From positions 7,188-71,187 of the forward strand of contig JAKSTJ010000007.1 of NCBI GenBank assembly GCA_024402635.1: DNA of 64,000 nt, in the 5' to 3' direction. Under the pieces are notes generated by a model, which saw nothing but the letters and a program-made list of their open reading frames with translations, ran no database searches and was not told the origin of the DNA. Shown here one piece after another: positions 26,858 through 36,166 of the stretch; within the stretch, counting starts at the first letter, position 1; every line of letters starts with the position of its first letter. Both the position numbers and the translations under genes were made by a program. The DNA comes from Treponema sp. Its GTDB lineage: Bacteria > Spirochaetota > Spirochaetia > Treponematales > Treponemataceae.

Positions 26858-27880
26858 TTAATTAATTACACTGGTTGGAATGCCATTCAGATAATGCTGG
26901 AAATTTTCGATTGCCATATCAACTGCACGAAGACGACTTTCTTTTGTAAGCCATGCAATGTGACCTGTAATTGAAGTTTTTTCTGTATGGAAAAGAGGAT
27001 TATCTCCAACTGGAGGTTCATCTCTAAGAACATCAAGTCCTGCGGCATAAACTTTTCCGCTATCTAAAGCAGCCATTAAATCTTCTTCTACAATTAAACC
27101 ACCACGAGCAGTATTAATTATAATTACTCCATCTTTCATTTTTGCAAAAGCTTCTTTATCAAAAGTATCTGCTGTATCGGCAGTAAATGGCGCGTGAATT
27201 GAAATAACATCTGATTCTTTTAATAAAGTGTCAAAATCTACCTGTTCAATAAAACTGTAAATTGCTCCAACTTTTTTATGACGGCTGTAGGAAATTACGC
27301 GCATTCCAAAACCTGCTGCCATTTTCGCAAATGCAAGTCCAATTGCTCCAAGTCCAAAAATTCCACAGGTTTTTCCGTAAAGTTCAATTTGTGGTGTTAC
27401 AACATGATCAAATTTTGAAGCTTCAACTGGATATCCGTTTTCGTCTTTTATTGTCCAGTCTGTTTTTTTGATTAAGTCTGAATGAACATTTACGTGATGA
27501 CATACTTCCATAAGCAAAGCCCATCCATATTCTGCAATTGTCTGAGCCCCGTAAACTGTATTTGTAATTGTCATTCCTTTTCGGCGAGTCATTTCTACAT
27601 CAAATTCACGCCATCCATGTCCTAAAGTGGCAATGTATTTTAAATTTGGATGTTTGCTGAGCCATTCTTCGTTTATAACTGAATCTGAAATCCAAATACC
27701 AAATACAACATCTGCATCTCCAACTAAATCGTGAAGTTCATCTGGCATTGGATAGCCTTTTGGGAATTTTACTTCCAGATCTACTCCTGGTATTTCTTTT
27801 AATTTATTCCAATGTGCGGTTACTTCTTCTGGTGTAAGATTTGGCATCATTACATTTTCTTGAATTACTACTACTTTCAT
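26858..27880 (-). CDS. D-2-hydroxyacid dehydrogenase
   Basis: GLGAIG, INTARGG, LDV..EP, GHIAW. Confidence 0.92.
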   Translation of the reverse strand: MKVVVIQENVMMPNLTPEEVTAHWNKLKEIPGVDLEVKFPKGYPMPDELHDLVGDADVVFGIWISDSVINEEWLSKHPNLKYIATLGHGWREFDVEMTRRKGMTITNTVYGAQTIAEYGWALLMEVCHHVNVHSDLIKKTDWTIKDENGYPVEASKFDHVVTPQIELYGKTCGIFGLGAIGLAFAKMAAGFGMRVISYSRHKKVGAIYSFIEQVDFDTLLKESDVISIHAPFTADTADTFDKEAFAKMKDGVIIINTARGGLIVEEDLMAALDSGKVYAAGLDVLRDEPPVGDNPLFHTEKTSITGHIAWLTKESRLRAVDMAIENFQHYLNGIPTSVIN

Positions 27881-28105
27881 TTAATGACCATCCTTTTACT
27901 AGATTTTGAAAATAAAATAAAAACTATCATTCCTTTGTGTCAATAAACTTTCGTTCTTTTTGTAAATTCCATATAAACTGCTTTTGGTTTTTGTACAAAT
28001 TATAATTATTCTGAAATTTTATTGAATCAATTTTTAATTTTATATATATATTAAACATCTTTAATTGAACTAAAGAAATCTTACTGAAAAAAAGCAATTT
28101 TATAT

Positions 28106-28156
28106 AAGGACGGCAATGAGGTCAGTTTTTTTGATCTTATTGCCGTCTTTTTTTTT
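28106..28156 (+). terminator. Terminator hairpin in the 5' leader of the opp operon
   Basis: AAGGACGGCAATGAGGTCA...TGATCTTATTGCCGTC followed by T9; the upstream gene is divergent. Confidence 0.6.
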
Positions 28157-28188
28157 GTTCAGTGAAAATCATTTAAGGGGGCATAGAA

Positions 28189-29106
28189 ATGATTAAATAC
28201 ATTGCAAAACGTTTACTGCTTGGTTTATTAACAATGTTTGTGCTTGTAGCAATTACATTCACTATGACAAAGCTTATGCCAGGTAGTCCATTACAATCAA
28301 AGAACATTTCAGGTGAATTACTGGAAAAAATGGAAGCTCAGTATGGTCTTGATAAACCTGTTATTCAGCAGTTCTTTATTTACATTGGAAATATTTTCAA
28401 AGGAGATCTTGGAACTTCTTATAAAAAGGTTGGAACAAATGTTACAGATATTATTAAACAGTCTATGGTTCCTACCATTAAGCTTGGTTTAATAACTGCA
28501 ATACTTGTTCTTGTAGTTGGTGTTTTTGCCGGAATTATGATGGCGAAGGCTCACACTCCGTTAGCAAAAGGAGCATGGTTAACGGGAATTACTTTAGGCG
28601 TAAGTATTCCGAACTTTCTAGTTGCCCTTCTTTTGATGATTGTTTTTGGTGTTGTTTTGAATGCAGTTCCAATTATTGGTCTTTCAACTCCAAAGCATTA
28701 CATTATTCCGGCAATTGCTCAGGGACTTTATCCTATTTCTGCTGTAGCAAGAATGACACAAAGTTCTTATGAAGAAGTAATTCGTCAGGATTACATAACA
28801 ATGGCAAAGGCAAAAGGAATCAGTAAAAGAACGATTCTTTTCCGCCACGTACTTAAAAATGCTTTGTTACCAGTAATTACATATATGGGTCCAATGGTTG
28901 CTTTCCTTCTTACAGGTTCAGTTACTATTGAAAAGATTTTTACAATTCCTGGTCTTGGTCGTGAGTTTACAAATGCGATTATGAATCACGATTACACAGT
29001 TGTTATGGGAATTACAATTTTTATGGGTGCAATCATTATTCTTTGTACGTTGATTGCAGACCTGCTTTGTGCAGTAATTGATCCAAGAACCCGCAAGAGC
29101 TTGTAG
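28189..29106 (+). CDS. oppB: Oligopeptide ABC permease
   Basis: MPGSP, YGLDKP, GDLGTS, AKAKG EAA loop. Confidence 0.92.
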   Translation: MIKYIAKRLLLGLLTMFVLVAITFTMTKLMPGSPLQSKNISGELLEKMEAQYGLDKPVIQQFFIYIGNIFKGDLGTSYKKVGTNVTDIIKQSMVPTIKLGLITAILVLVVGVFAGIMMAKAHTPLAKGAWLTGITLGVSIPNFLVALLLMIVFGVVLNAVPIIGLSTPKHYIIPAIAQGLYPISAVARMTQSSYEEVIRQDYITMAKAKGISKRTILFRHVLKNALLPVITYMGPMVAFLLTGSVTIEKIFTIPGLGREFTNAIMNHDYTVVMGITIFMGAIIILCTLIADLLCAVIDPRTRKSL

Positions 29107-29116
29107 GAGGTAAATC

Positions 29117-30037
29117 ATGGAACAGAGTATTAAGGATAAATTATTTAGAAAACTTTCCAGAGAAGAAAAGAATGATGAATTTATTGCTATCGACAGCAAA
29201 ACATTTTTCCAGTCGGTAAAAGCAGAATTCAAGAAAAATAAAAGAGCCATTTTTGGTCTTGTAGTTTTAATTATTGTTTTTTTATTGGCAATTTTAGGTC
29301 CGGTTTTCTGTCCATATTCTTATGATGAACAGAACATGGCATTAAGAAATGCAAGCCCAAGTGCAGCCCACTGGTTTGGTACTGATAAAATGGGTCGTGA
29401 TATTTTTGTTCGTATTCTTTACGGTGCAAGAATCAGTTTAGGTGTTGGTATGGTTGCAGCCTTGGTAAATCTTGTGATTGGTACAATTTATGGTGGAATT
29501 GCAGGTTACGTTGGCGGCAAAGTTGATATGGTTATGATGAGAATTGTAGATATTCTCTATTCCGTTCCTTCTATGCTTTACATCGTTTTAATTATGTTGT
29601 GGCTGGGTGCTGGAGTTGGTTCCATTATTCTGGGTATTTCCATAACCTGCTGGCTTGGTATGGCGCAAATTGTAAGATCTGAAGTTAGAAGTTTAAAACA
29701 ACAGGAATTTACAACCGCCGCATTTGTTCTTGGTGCAAGTTCAAAGCGTATTTTGCTTAAGCATCTTTTAGTAAATGCAATGGGTCCAATCATTGTAAAC
29801 GTTACTTTACAGGTTCCACAGGCAATTTTTACAGAAGCATGGTTAAGTTTCTTAGGAGTTGGTATTTCTGCTCCAAAAGCCAGCTGGGGTACTTTGTGTG
29901 AAGCAGCCCGTGAACTTATTCAGGTTTATCCAATGCAGACAATTTATCCACTGGTTGCAATTTGTATAACAATCATTTCTTTCAACTTTGTTGGTGAAGG
30001 TTTGGAAAGAGCTTTGGATCCTAAGAGAAAGCGTTAA
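29117..30037 (+). CDS. oppC: Oligopeptide ABC permease
   Basis: HWFGTDKMGRD, GARISL, EAWLSFLG. Confidence 0.92.
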   Translation: MEQSIKDKLFRKLSREEKNDEFIAIDSKTFFQSVKAEFKKNKRAIFGLVVLIIVFLLAILGPVFCPYSYDEQNMALRNASPSAAHWFGTDKMGRDIFVRILYGARISLGVGMVAALVNLVIGTIYGGIAGYVGGKVDMVMMRIVDILYSVPSMLYIVLIMLWLGAGVGSIILGISITCWLGMAQIVRSEVRSLKQQEFTTAAFVLGASSKRILLKHLLVNAMGPIIVNVTLQVPQAIFTEAWLSFLGVGISAPKASWGTLCEAARELIQVYPMQTIYPLVAICITIISFNFVGEGLERALDPKRKR

Positions 30038-30099
30038 TGTGTAAGGTATGTAAGGCCGCTGGCGACCGGTGGTAAATATCAGGGTGAATAAAAAATAGT

Positions 30100-30211
30100 T
30101 GTCATGCTGAAAAAAACAATCATCATGCTGAAAACAATATACGTCATGCTGAACTTGTTTCAGCATCTCACAAAATAATTGGATGAGACCTTGGATCAAG
30201 TTCAAGGTGAC
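30100..30211. repeat. REP-like palindromic element with two extra stuttered left ends, inside the opp operon
   Basis: TCATGCTGAA three times, then GTCATGCTGAACTTGTTTCAGCATCT...GAGACCTTGGATCAAGTTCAAGGTGAC. Confidence 0.75.
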
Positions 30212-30241
30212 AAAAGGTAACCATCATACAAGGAGTTGAAT

Positions 30242-31333
30242 GTGAGTTTACTTGAAATAAAGGGATTAACAACAGAATTTAAAACTGACCAGGGAATTGT
30301 TAAGGCAGTTCGTGGTGTTGATTATCATGTAGAAAAAGGCGAAGTACTTGGAATTGTTGGTGAATCTGGTTCCGGAAAGTCACAGGGAATGCTTTCTCTT
30401 ATGGGCCTTCTTGCAGGAAACGGAAAAGTAACTTCTGGTTCAATTGAATTTGATGGACGTGATTTAAGTCCAAACCATTATACAGACAAAAAATCAAAGA
30501 AGCAGTACGAAAAAATGCTTCAGGATATTCGTGGAAATGAAATTTCTATGATTTTCCAGGATCCAATGAGCTACTTAAATCCAATTGTTACTATTGAAAA
30601 ACAAATGTGTGAAGGTATTTTGTATCACACAAAATGTTCTAAAAAAGAAGCAAGAGCACGAGCAATTGAACTTATGAAGATGGTTGGAATTCCAGCTCCA
30701 GAAAGCAGACTTAAACAGTATCCTTTTGAATTTTCTGGTGGTATGCGTCAGAGAATTATTATTGCTATTGCATTGGCAAACAATCCTAAACTTTTGATTT
30801 GTGATGAACCAACTACAGCTTTGGACGTAACAGTTCAAGCCCAAATTCTGGACTTAATTAAAGATCTTACAAAAAAGATGGATACTGGTGTAATTCTTAT
30901 TACCCACGATCTTGGTGTAGTAGCAAGTCTTTGTGACAGAATCAGCATTATGTATGGTGGAAATATTATGGAAGAAGGTACAGTTGATGAAATCTTCTAC
31001 CAGGCAAAACATCCGTACACAAAAGGTTTGTTAAACTCAATTGCAAACTCAAATGTTGATAATAAAGAACCACTTAAACCAATTCCTGGAACACCTCCTG
31101 ATTTGATTAAGCTTGGTCATGAATGTCCATTTGCACCTCGCTGTTCAGAAGCAATGGAAATCTGTACTAAATATGGACCTGCAAATACAGAGTTCAGTTC
31201 TACTCATAAATGTAAATGCTGGCTCCATTGTCAGGATAAATATGAAGAAATTATGGCTGCCCAGGACAAACTGGTTGCCGAAGAAAAAGCTGCCCTTGAA
31301 GCTGCTAATGCAAAGAAAGGAAAGAAAAAGTAA
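30242..31333 (+). CDS. oppD: Oligopeptide ABC ATP-binding protein
   Basis: GESGSGKS, FSGGMRQR, DEPTTALD; GTG start after AGGAG. Confidence 0.93.
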   Translation: MSLLEIKGLTTEFKTDQGIVKAVRGVDYHVEKGEVLGIVGESGSGKSQGMLSLMGLLAGNGKVTSGSIEFDGRDLSPNHYTDKKSKKQYEKMLQDIRGNEISMIFQDPMSYLNPIVTIEKQMCEGILYHTKCSKKEARARAIELMKMVGIPAPESRLKQYPFEFSGGMRQRIIIAIALANNPKLLICDEPTTALDVTVQAQILDLIKDLTKKMDTGVILITHDLGVVASLCDRISIMYGGNIMEEGTVDEIFYQAKHPYTKGLLNSIANSNVDNKEPLKPIPGTPPDLIKLGHECPFAPRCSEAMEICTKYGPANTEFSSTHKCKCWLHCQDKYEEIMAAQDKLVAEEKAALEAANAKKGKKK

Positions 31334-31344
31334 GGAGGAACAGT

Positions 31345-32376
31345 ATGGAAGAAAAGTTAAAGCCAATCCTTGAAGTTCAGGGACTTACAAAATATTTTGA
31401 TGCTGCCAAGGGCAAGAAAGTTCATGCCGTTGAAAATGTTTCCTTCACTTTGGAACGTGGTGAAACTTTAGGAATTGTTGGTGAATCTGGTTGTGGTAAG
31501 TCTTCTATGGGACGAACCATTTTGAAAATCCACGATTCAACAGCAGGAAAAATAATTTTTGACGGTGTTGATATTACAAATTTCAATGCAAAACAAATGA
31601 ATCCTTATAGAAAACGAATGCAGATGATTTTCCAGGATCCATATGCTTCATTAAATCCACGAATGACAGTTGGTGAAATTATTGAAGAACCAATGGTTAT
31701 TCACAAAATGGGTACTTCGGCTGAACGAAAAGAAATTGTTCAGGAACTTATAAAAACTGTTGGTCTTAAGCCAGATCATATTCGTCGTTATCCATTTGAA
31801 TTTTCTGGTGGACAGAGACAGAGAATTGGCATTGCCAGAGCATTGGCATTAAACCCTGAATTTATTGTTTGTGATGAACCAATTTCTGCCCTTGATGTTT
31901 CTATTCAGGCACAGGTTATTAACCTTCTTGAAAAACTTCAGCATGAACGAGGATTCAGTTATCTGTTTATTGCTCACGATCTGGAAATGGTACATCACAT
32001 TAGTCATAAAATTGGTGTTATGTACCTTGGAAATATGGTTGAGTTTGGAACAAGTGATGATGTTTATAAACATCCGCTTCATCCTTATACAAAAGCATTA
32101 ATTTCTGCGTCCCCTATTCCTGATCCTCAACAGGCAAAGGAAAAGCACAGGATTATTCTTGAAGGTGAAGTTCCATCTCCAATTAATCCACCAAAAGGTT
32201 GTCCATTTGCAGCCCGCTGCCAGTATTGTACTGAACGCTGTAAAACAGAAAAACCACAAACTTACGAAGTTGGAACTAAAAAGGTTGCCTGCTTCTTATA
32301 TGAACCAGAAAAAATTGCCGAATACGAAGCAGCTGGAAAGAGTCCAGAAGAAGCAGTATTTGGTAAAAAAGAATAA
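31345..32376 (+). CDS. oppF: Oligopeptide ABC ATP-binding protein
   Basis: [24 protein letters not shown]. Confidence 0.93.
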   Translation: MEEKLKPILEVQGLTKYFDAAKGKKVHAVENVSFTLERGETLGIVGESGCGKSSMGRTILKIHDSTAGKIIFDGVDITNFNAKQMNPYRKRMQMIFQDPYASLNPRMTVGEIIEEPMVIHKMGTSAERKEIVQELIKTVGLKPDHIRRYPFEFSGGQRQRIGIARALALNPEFIVCDEPISALDVSIQAQVINLLEKLQHERGFSYLFIAHDLEMVHHISHKIGVMYLGNMVEFGTSDDVYKHPLHPYTKALISASPIPDPQQAKEKHRIILEGEVPSPINPPKGCPFAARCQYCTERCKTEKPQTYEVGTKKVACFLYEPEKIAEYEAAGKSPEEAVFGKKE

Positions 32377-32410
32377 ACAACAAAATAGAATTTTACCAGG
32401 AGGTATTATT

Positions 32411-34054
32411 ATGAAAATTACAAACACTGTAACAAAAACACTGGTTGCAGCAATTCTTTCAACTGCAATGGTCACAGCATTTACTTCTTGTGGAAATAAA
32501 TCCAATTCCCGAGTAAGCACAAATGAAGCTGGAGAAATCCTTGAAATTTCAACTAACAATCAATCGGAAACAGGTGAATACGATCCTGCCGGTGCAGCTG
32601 CATATGTATATTTCTCTCATCAGACTTATGCATTAGATCCACTTGTAACTTACACACCAGAAGGACTTTTCAAAGGTGCTACAGCAGATAAATGGGAAAT
32701 CAGTGAAGATTTACTTACATACACATTCCATATTCGCGATGATGCAAAATGGTCTGACGGTTCTAAAGTAACTTCTGCCGATTACAAAAATACTATGATG
32801 CGCGCACTTGAACCAAGCAACGGTTCATGGTATGTGGATTTCCTTTTCCCAATCAAAAATGCAGAAGCCGCATTCAGCGGAGAAGTTAGTCTTGAAGAAG
32901 TAGGAGTTGATGCTACTGATCCTTCAACTTTAATTGTAACATTGGAAACACCATGTGCTTACTTCCTTGATATGTTTGCAAATGTTCCAACTTTCATGCC
33001 ATCAAACTGTCAGTTTGCAAAAAATGAAGATAAAAACTGGGACATGGATCCAAATAAAAACTTAAGCAATGGTCCATGGTATATGGCTGAACGTCATCCG
33101 GGAGAATATATTTTATATAAGAAAAATCCATACTACTATGATGCAGAAAATGTAAATCTTCTTTCTATTAAAATGCGTTTTATGGATGATGATCAGGCAA
33201 AAGCAGCAGCATACCAGACTGGTGAACTTACAATGCTTACAGGTGCACCTTCATCAATTGCTGAACGTTATCAGGGTAAACCAGACTTAGTTTTCTCTGA
33301 AGTTCCACAGACAAACTTTATTATGATGAATCCAAATATTGCACCATTTGACAATCCAAAAGTTCGTAAGGCATTTGCCCTTGCTTTGAACAGAAAAGAT
33401 ATTGCAACTGTAGTTGGTATTTCTTGTGTACCTTCAACAACATTTGTTGGCCGTTTCTATCACTCAAAAGTTGATGGAACTCCATGGGGTGAATTACAGG
33501 GTGATTTATTGGATGAAAATCTTGAAGAAGCTAAAAAACTTCTTGCAGATGCAGGTTATCCAAATGGTGAAGGTTTACCAGTAATTACTTATACATATCC
33601 ATCTTTAGCTTACGAAGGTGATGTTGCTCAGGTTTTACAGCAGCAGTGGAAAGAACTTGGAGTTACAGTTGAACTTCAGGCTTTGGAAAATGAAGTTTAC
33701 GTTGCTCAGAGACGTGAAAAGAAAGATCAGTTAATCCGTATGCAGTGGTATGCTGATTATAACGATCCAACTTCATGGTTAAATATGTTTGTTACAGGAA
33801 ACTCTTTAAACGACATTAACTGGAGTAATGCAAAATATGATGAACTGATGGCTGTTTCTAACTTGGAACTCGATGCTCAGAAACGCCAGGAAATGCTTAC
33901 TGCCGCAGAAAAAATTGCCGTAACTGATGATACTGTAATTGTTCCATTGTTCACAAACAACAATACAAACCTTTATCCTGCAGAATTGTATAACTATTAC
34001 AATGACGTAATCGGTTATCCAAACTACACAGGAATGAAAGTTAAGACTGAATAA
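32411..34054 (+). CDS. oppA: Oligopeptide ABC substrate-binding lipoprotein
   Basis: Lipobox FTSC; YTFHIRDDAKWSDG; GGAGG RBS. The ORF-track start at 32159 is too early. Confidence 0.9.
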   Translation: MKITNTVTKTLVAAILSTAMVTAFTSCGNKSNSRVSTNEAGEILEISTNNQSETGEYDPAGAAAYVYFSHQTYALDPLVTYTPEGLFKGATADKWEISEDLLTYTFHIRDDAKWSDGSKVTSADYKNTMMRALEPSNGSWYVDFLFPIKNAEAAFSGEVSLEEVGVDATDPSTLIVTLETPCAYFLDMFANVPTFMPSNCQFAKNEDKNWDMDPNKNLSNGPWYMAERHPGEYILYKKNPYYYDAENVNLLSIKMRFMDDDQAKAAAYQTGELTMLTGAPSSIAERYQGKPDLVFSEVPQTNFIMMNPNIAPFDNPKVRKAFALALNRKDIATVVGISCVPSTTFVGRFYHSKVDGTPWGELQGDLLDENLEEAKKLLADAGYPNGEGLPVITYTYPSLAYEGDVAQVLQQQWKELGVTVELQALENEVYVAQRREKKDQLIRMQWYADYNDPTSWLNMFVTGNSLNDINWSNAKYDELMAVSNLELDAQKRQEMLTAAEKIAVTDDTVIVPLFTNNNTNLYPAELYNYYNDVIGYPNYTGMKVKTE

Positions 34055-34173
34055 ACCGAGTAAAGACACGCTGACGCTTAAAGTCTTGACTCTGTCGTTT
34101 TTAAGGTTTTAATAAACCTTAAATAAAATCAGGGGAGGAAACTCCCCGTCAGTCTATTCAAGGAGATGTGAAA

Positions 34174-34602
34174 ATGACTACAGAAAAAGTAAATGATTTG
34201 GAAATCATAAACCTTGCTGACTACTTTGATCCTAAATATTTCAGATTAGTTCCAGCTGATTTGGCTCACATTCCAGGAGGAATTTCTGAAGTACCTGTTC
34301 ACTTAAACATTCATCCTGATTTTGCAAAGCATCTGACTTTTGATACAAATAATCTTCAGCATTTTTTTGCATTTGCAATAATGGGTAAAGAATTAAGAAA
34401 AATTAATAAATCCGATTATTATTCACCAGAAAGAAGTGGTTTCTTAAAAATGGTAGAACTCAATGATTGTGGTGATTTATGGATTATTAAATTTGAATTC
34501 TTTGATGATACAAAAAAACTTTATGCAGTAAAAATGGAAGATGTTCCTCCAATTCTCAATAACTGTAGAAAGCCTTTATTGTCATTAGAAACAGGTTTTT
34601 AG
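34174..34602 (+). CDS. Hypothetical protein
   Basis: AAGGAG RBS; co-oriented with and 5 nt upstream of sdaAB. Confidence 0.7.
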   Translation: MTTEKVNDLEIINLADYFDPKYFRLVPADLAHIPGGISEVPVHLNIHPDFAKHLTFDTNNLQHFFAFAIMGKELRKINKSDYYSPERSGFLKMVELNDCGDLWIIKFEFFDDTKKLYAVKMEDVPPILNNCRKPLLSLETGF

Positions 34603-34607
34603 AAATA

Positions 34608-35285
34608 ATGAATATTTTTGATATTATTGGCCCTGTTATGGTAGGACCTTCCAGTTCTCACACAGCAGGTGCCGTAAAAATTGGTTATGTATCCCAGAAA
34701 CTTTTAGGGGAACCTTTACAGGAAGCAGAAATTTTATTACATGGAAGTTTTCTTGCTACTGGAACCGGTCACGGAACACAATTTGCTTTAGCGGCAGGAC
34801 TTTTAGGAATGAAAGAAGATGATTCCAGAATTCCAAAAAGTCTGGAAATAGCCTCTTCTAATAATATCAAAATAACTTTTAATAAAACCAATCTGAAAGG
34901 CTTTCATCCTAATTCAGTATTAATGCGACTTTTAGGAAAAAGCGGCAGAACTCTTGAAATTGTTGGTGAATCTGTAGGTGGTTCTGTAATAAACATTGCC
35001 AGTATAGATGGACTCAGTGCCAATTTTTCTGGAGACAATCCTACTCTTATCGTTCATAACAAAGACCAACCTGGGCATGTTGCAGAAGTTACCAGCATGC
35101 TTTCCCACAAATCAGTAAATATTGCTTCCATGAAACTTTATCGTGCAAACCGTGGAGGAAATGCTGTTATGATTCTGGAATTAGACCAGGAAGTTCCTGC
35201 AGAAGCTTTAAAATGGCTGGAAAAATTAGAAGGGGTCGAAAAAGTTACCTACTATAGCTTAAAAAATCAAGAATCTTCTATGTAA
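34608..35285 (+). CDS. sdaAB: L-serine dehydratase, Fe-S dependent, beta subunit
   Basis: IGPVMVGPSSSHTAGA; C-terminal ACT domain. Confidence 0.95.
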   Translation: MNIFDIIGPVMVGPSSSHTAGAVKIGYVSQKLLGEPLQEAEILLHGSFLATGTGHGTQFALAAGLLGMKEDDSRIPKSLEIASSNNIKITFNKTNLKGFHPNSVLMRLLGKSGRTLEIVGESVGGSVINIASIDGLSANFSGDNPTLIVHNKDQPGHVAEVTSMLSHKSVNIASMKLYRANRGGNAVMILELDQEVPAEALKWLEKLEGVEKVTYYSLKNQESSM

Positions 35286-35296
35286 AAGGGTTTATT

Positions 35297-36166
35297 ATGA
35301 GTTTTTCAAAAATTTCCCAGATAATTGCTCTTTCAGAAAAAGAACATCTTCCTTTATGGCAAATTATTCTTGAAGATGATCTTAAAGAAAATAACTACAC
35401 AAAAGAATTCAGTCTTTCTAAAATGGAAAAAATGCTGGATGCTATGATTCAAGCTGATAAAGAATATTCTCCAGAACTTAGATCTCATAGTGGATTAAGT
35501 GGAGGTGATGGGGCAAAATTAGAAACTTTTAGAAAACAGGAAAATCGTCTAATCGGAACCTTTTTAACTTTAGTAATGGAAAAAGCCGTAAAAATGGGTG
35601 AATCAAATGCCTGTATGAAAAGAATTGTTGCTGCTCCAACAGCAGGTTCTTGTGGAGTAATTCCAGCAGTTTTACTTTCATATTATGAATATAAAAAACC
35701 ACCAAAAGAAAAAATTATTCAAGCCTTATATATAGCAGCAGGAATTGGTCAGATTATTGCAAATACCGCCAGCATTTCTGGAGCAGAAGGTGGTTGTCAG
35801 GCTGAAATTGGAAGCGCCAGCAGTATGGCTGCTGCTGCATTAACTTTTCTTGAAAATGGAACTAATGAACAAATTGTAACAGCTTCTGCCCTTGCCATGA
35901 AAAATATGCTGGGACTTACCTGCGATCCGGTTGCAGGTTTAGTAGAAGTTCCCTGTATTAAAAGAAATGTTTCTGGTGCTGTAAATGCCATAACTTCATG
36001 TCAAATGGCAATTGCTGGAATAAAATCAGCAATTCCAGCTGACGAAGTTTTTGAATCAATGGAACGTATTGGAAATCTGATTCCTCCATGCCTTAAAGAA
36101 ACCAGCCAGGATGGACTTGCCACAACTCCAACTGCTCAAATTATAACTGCAAAAATATTGAATTAG
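35297..36166 (+). CDS. sdaAA: L-serine dehydratase, Fe-S dependent, alpha subunit
   Basis: IVAAPTAGSCG, GGCQAE, LTCDPVAGLVEVPC. Confidence 0.95.
   Translation: MSFSKISQIIALSEKEHLPLWQIILEDDLKENNYTKEFSLSKMEKMLDAMIQADKEYSPELRSHSGLSGGDGAKLETFRKQENRLIGTFLTLVMEKAVKMGESNACMKRIVAAPTAGSCGVIPAVLLSYYEYKKPPKEKIIQALYIAAGIGQIIANTASISGAEGGCQAEIGSASSMAAAALTFLENGTNEQIVTASALAMKNMLGLTCDPVAGLVEVPCIKRNVSGAVNAITSCQMAIAGIKSAIPADEVFESMERIGNLIPPCLKETSQDGLATTPTAQIITAKILN

Noticed and set aside
32159-32410. N-terminal extension of OppA (and similar long starts for hisC, csoR, the PIN toxin and the GNAT at 22437)
   Set aside because: Downstream ATGs have proper RBSs and family-typical N-termini; the extensions overlap neighbouring genes or promoter regions.
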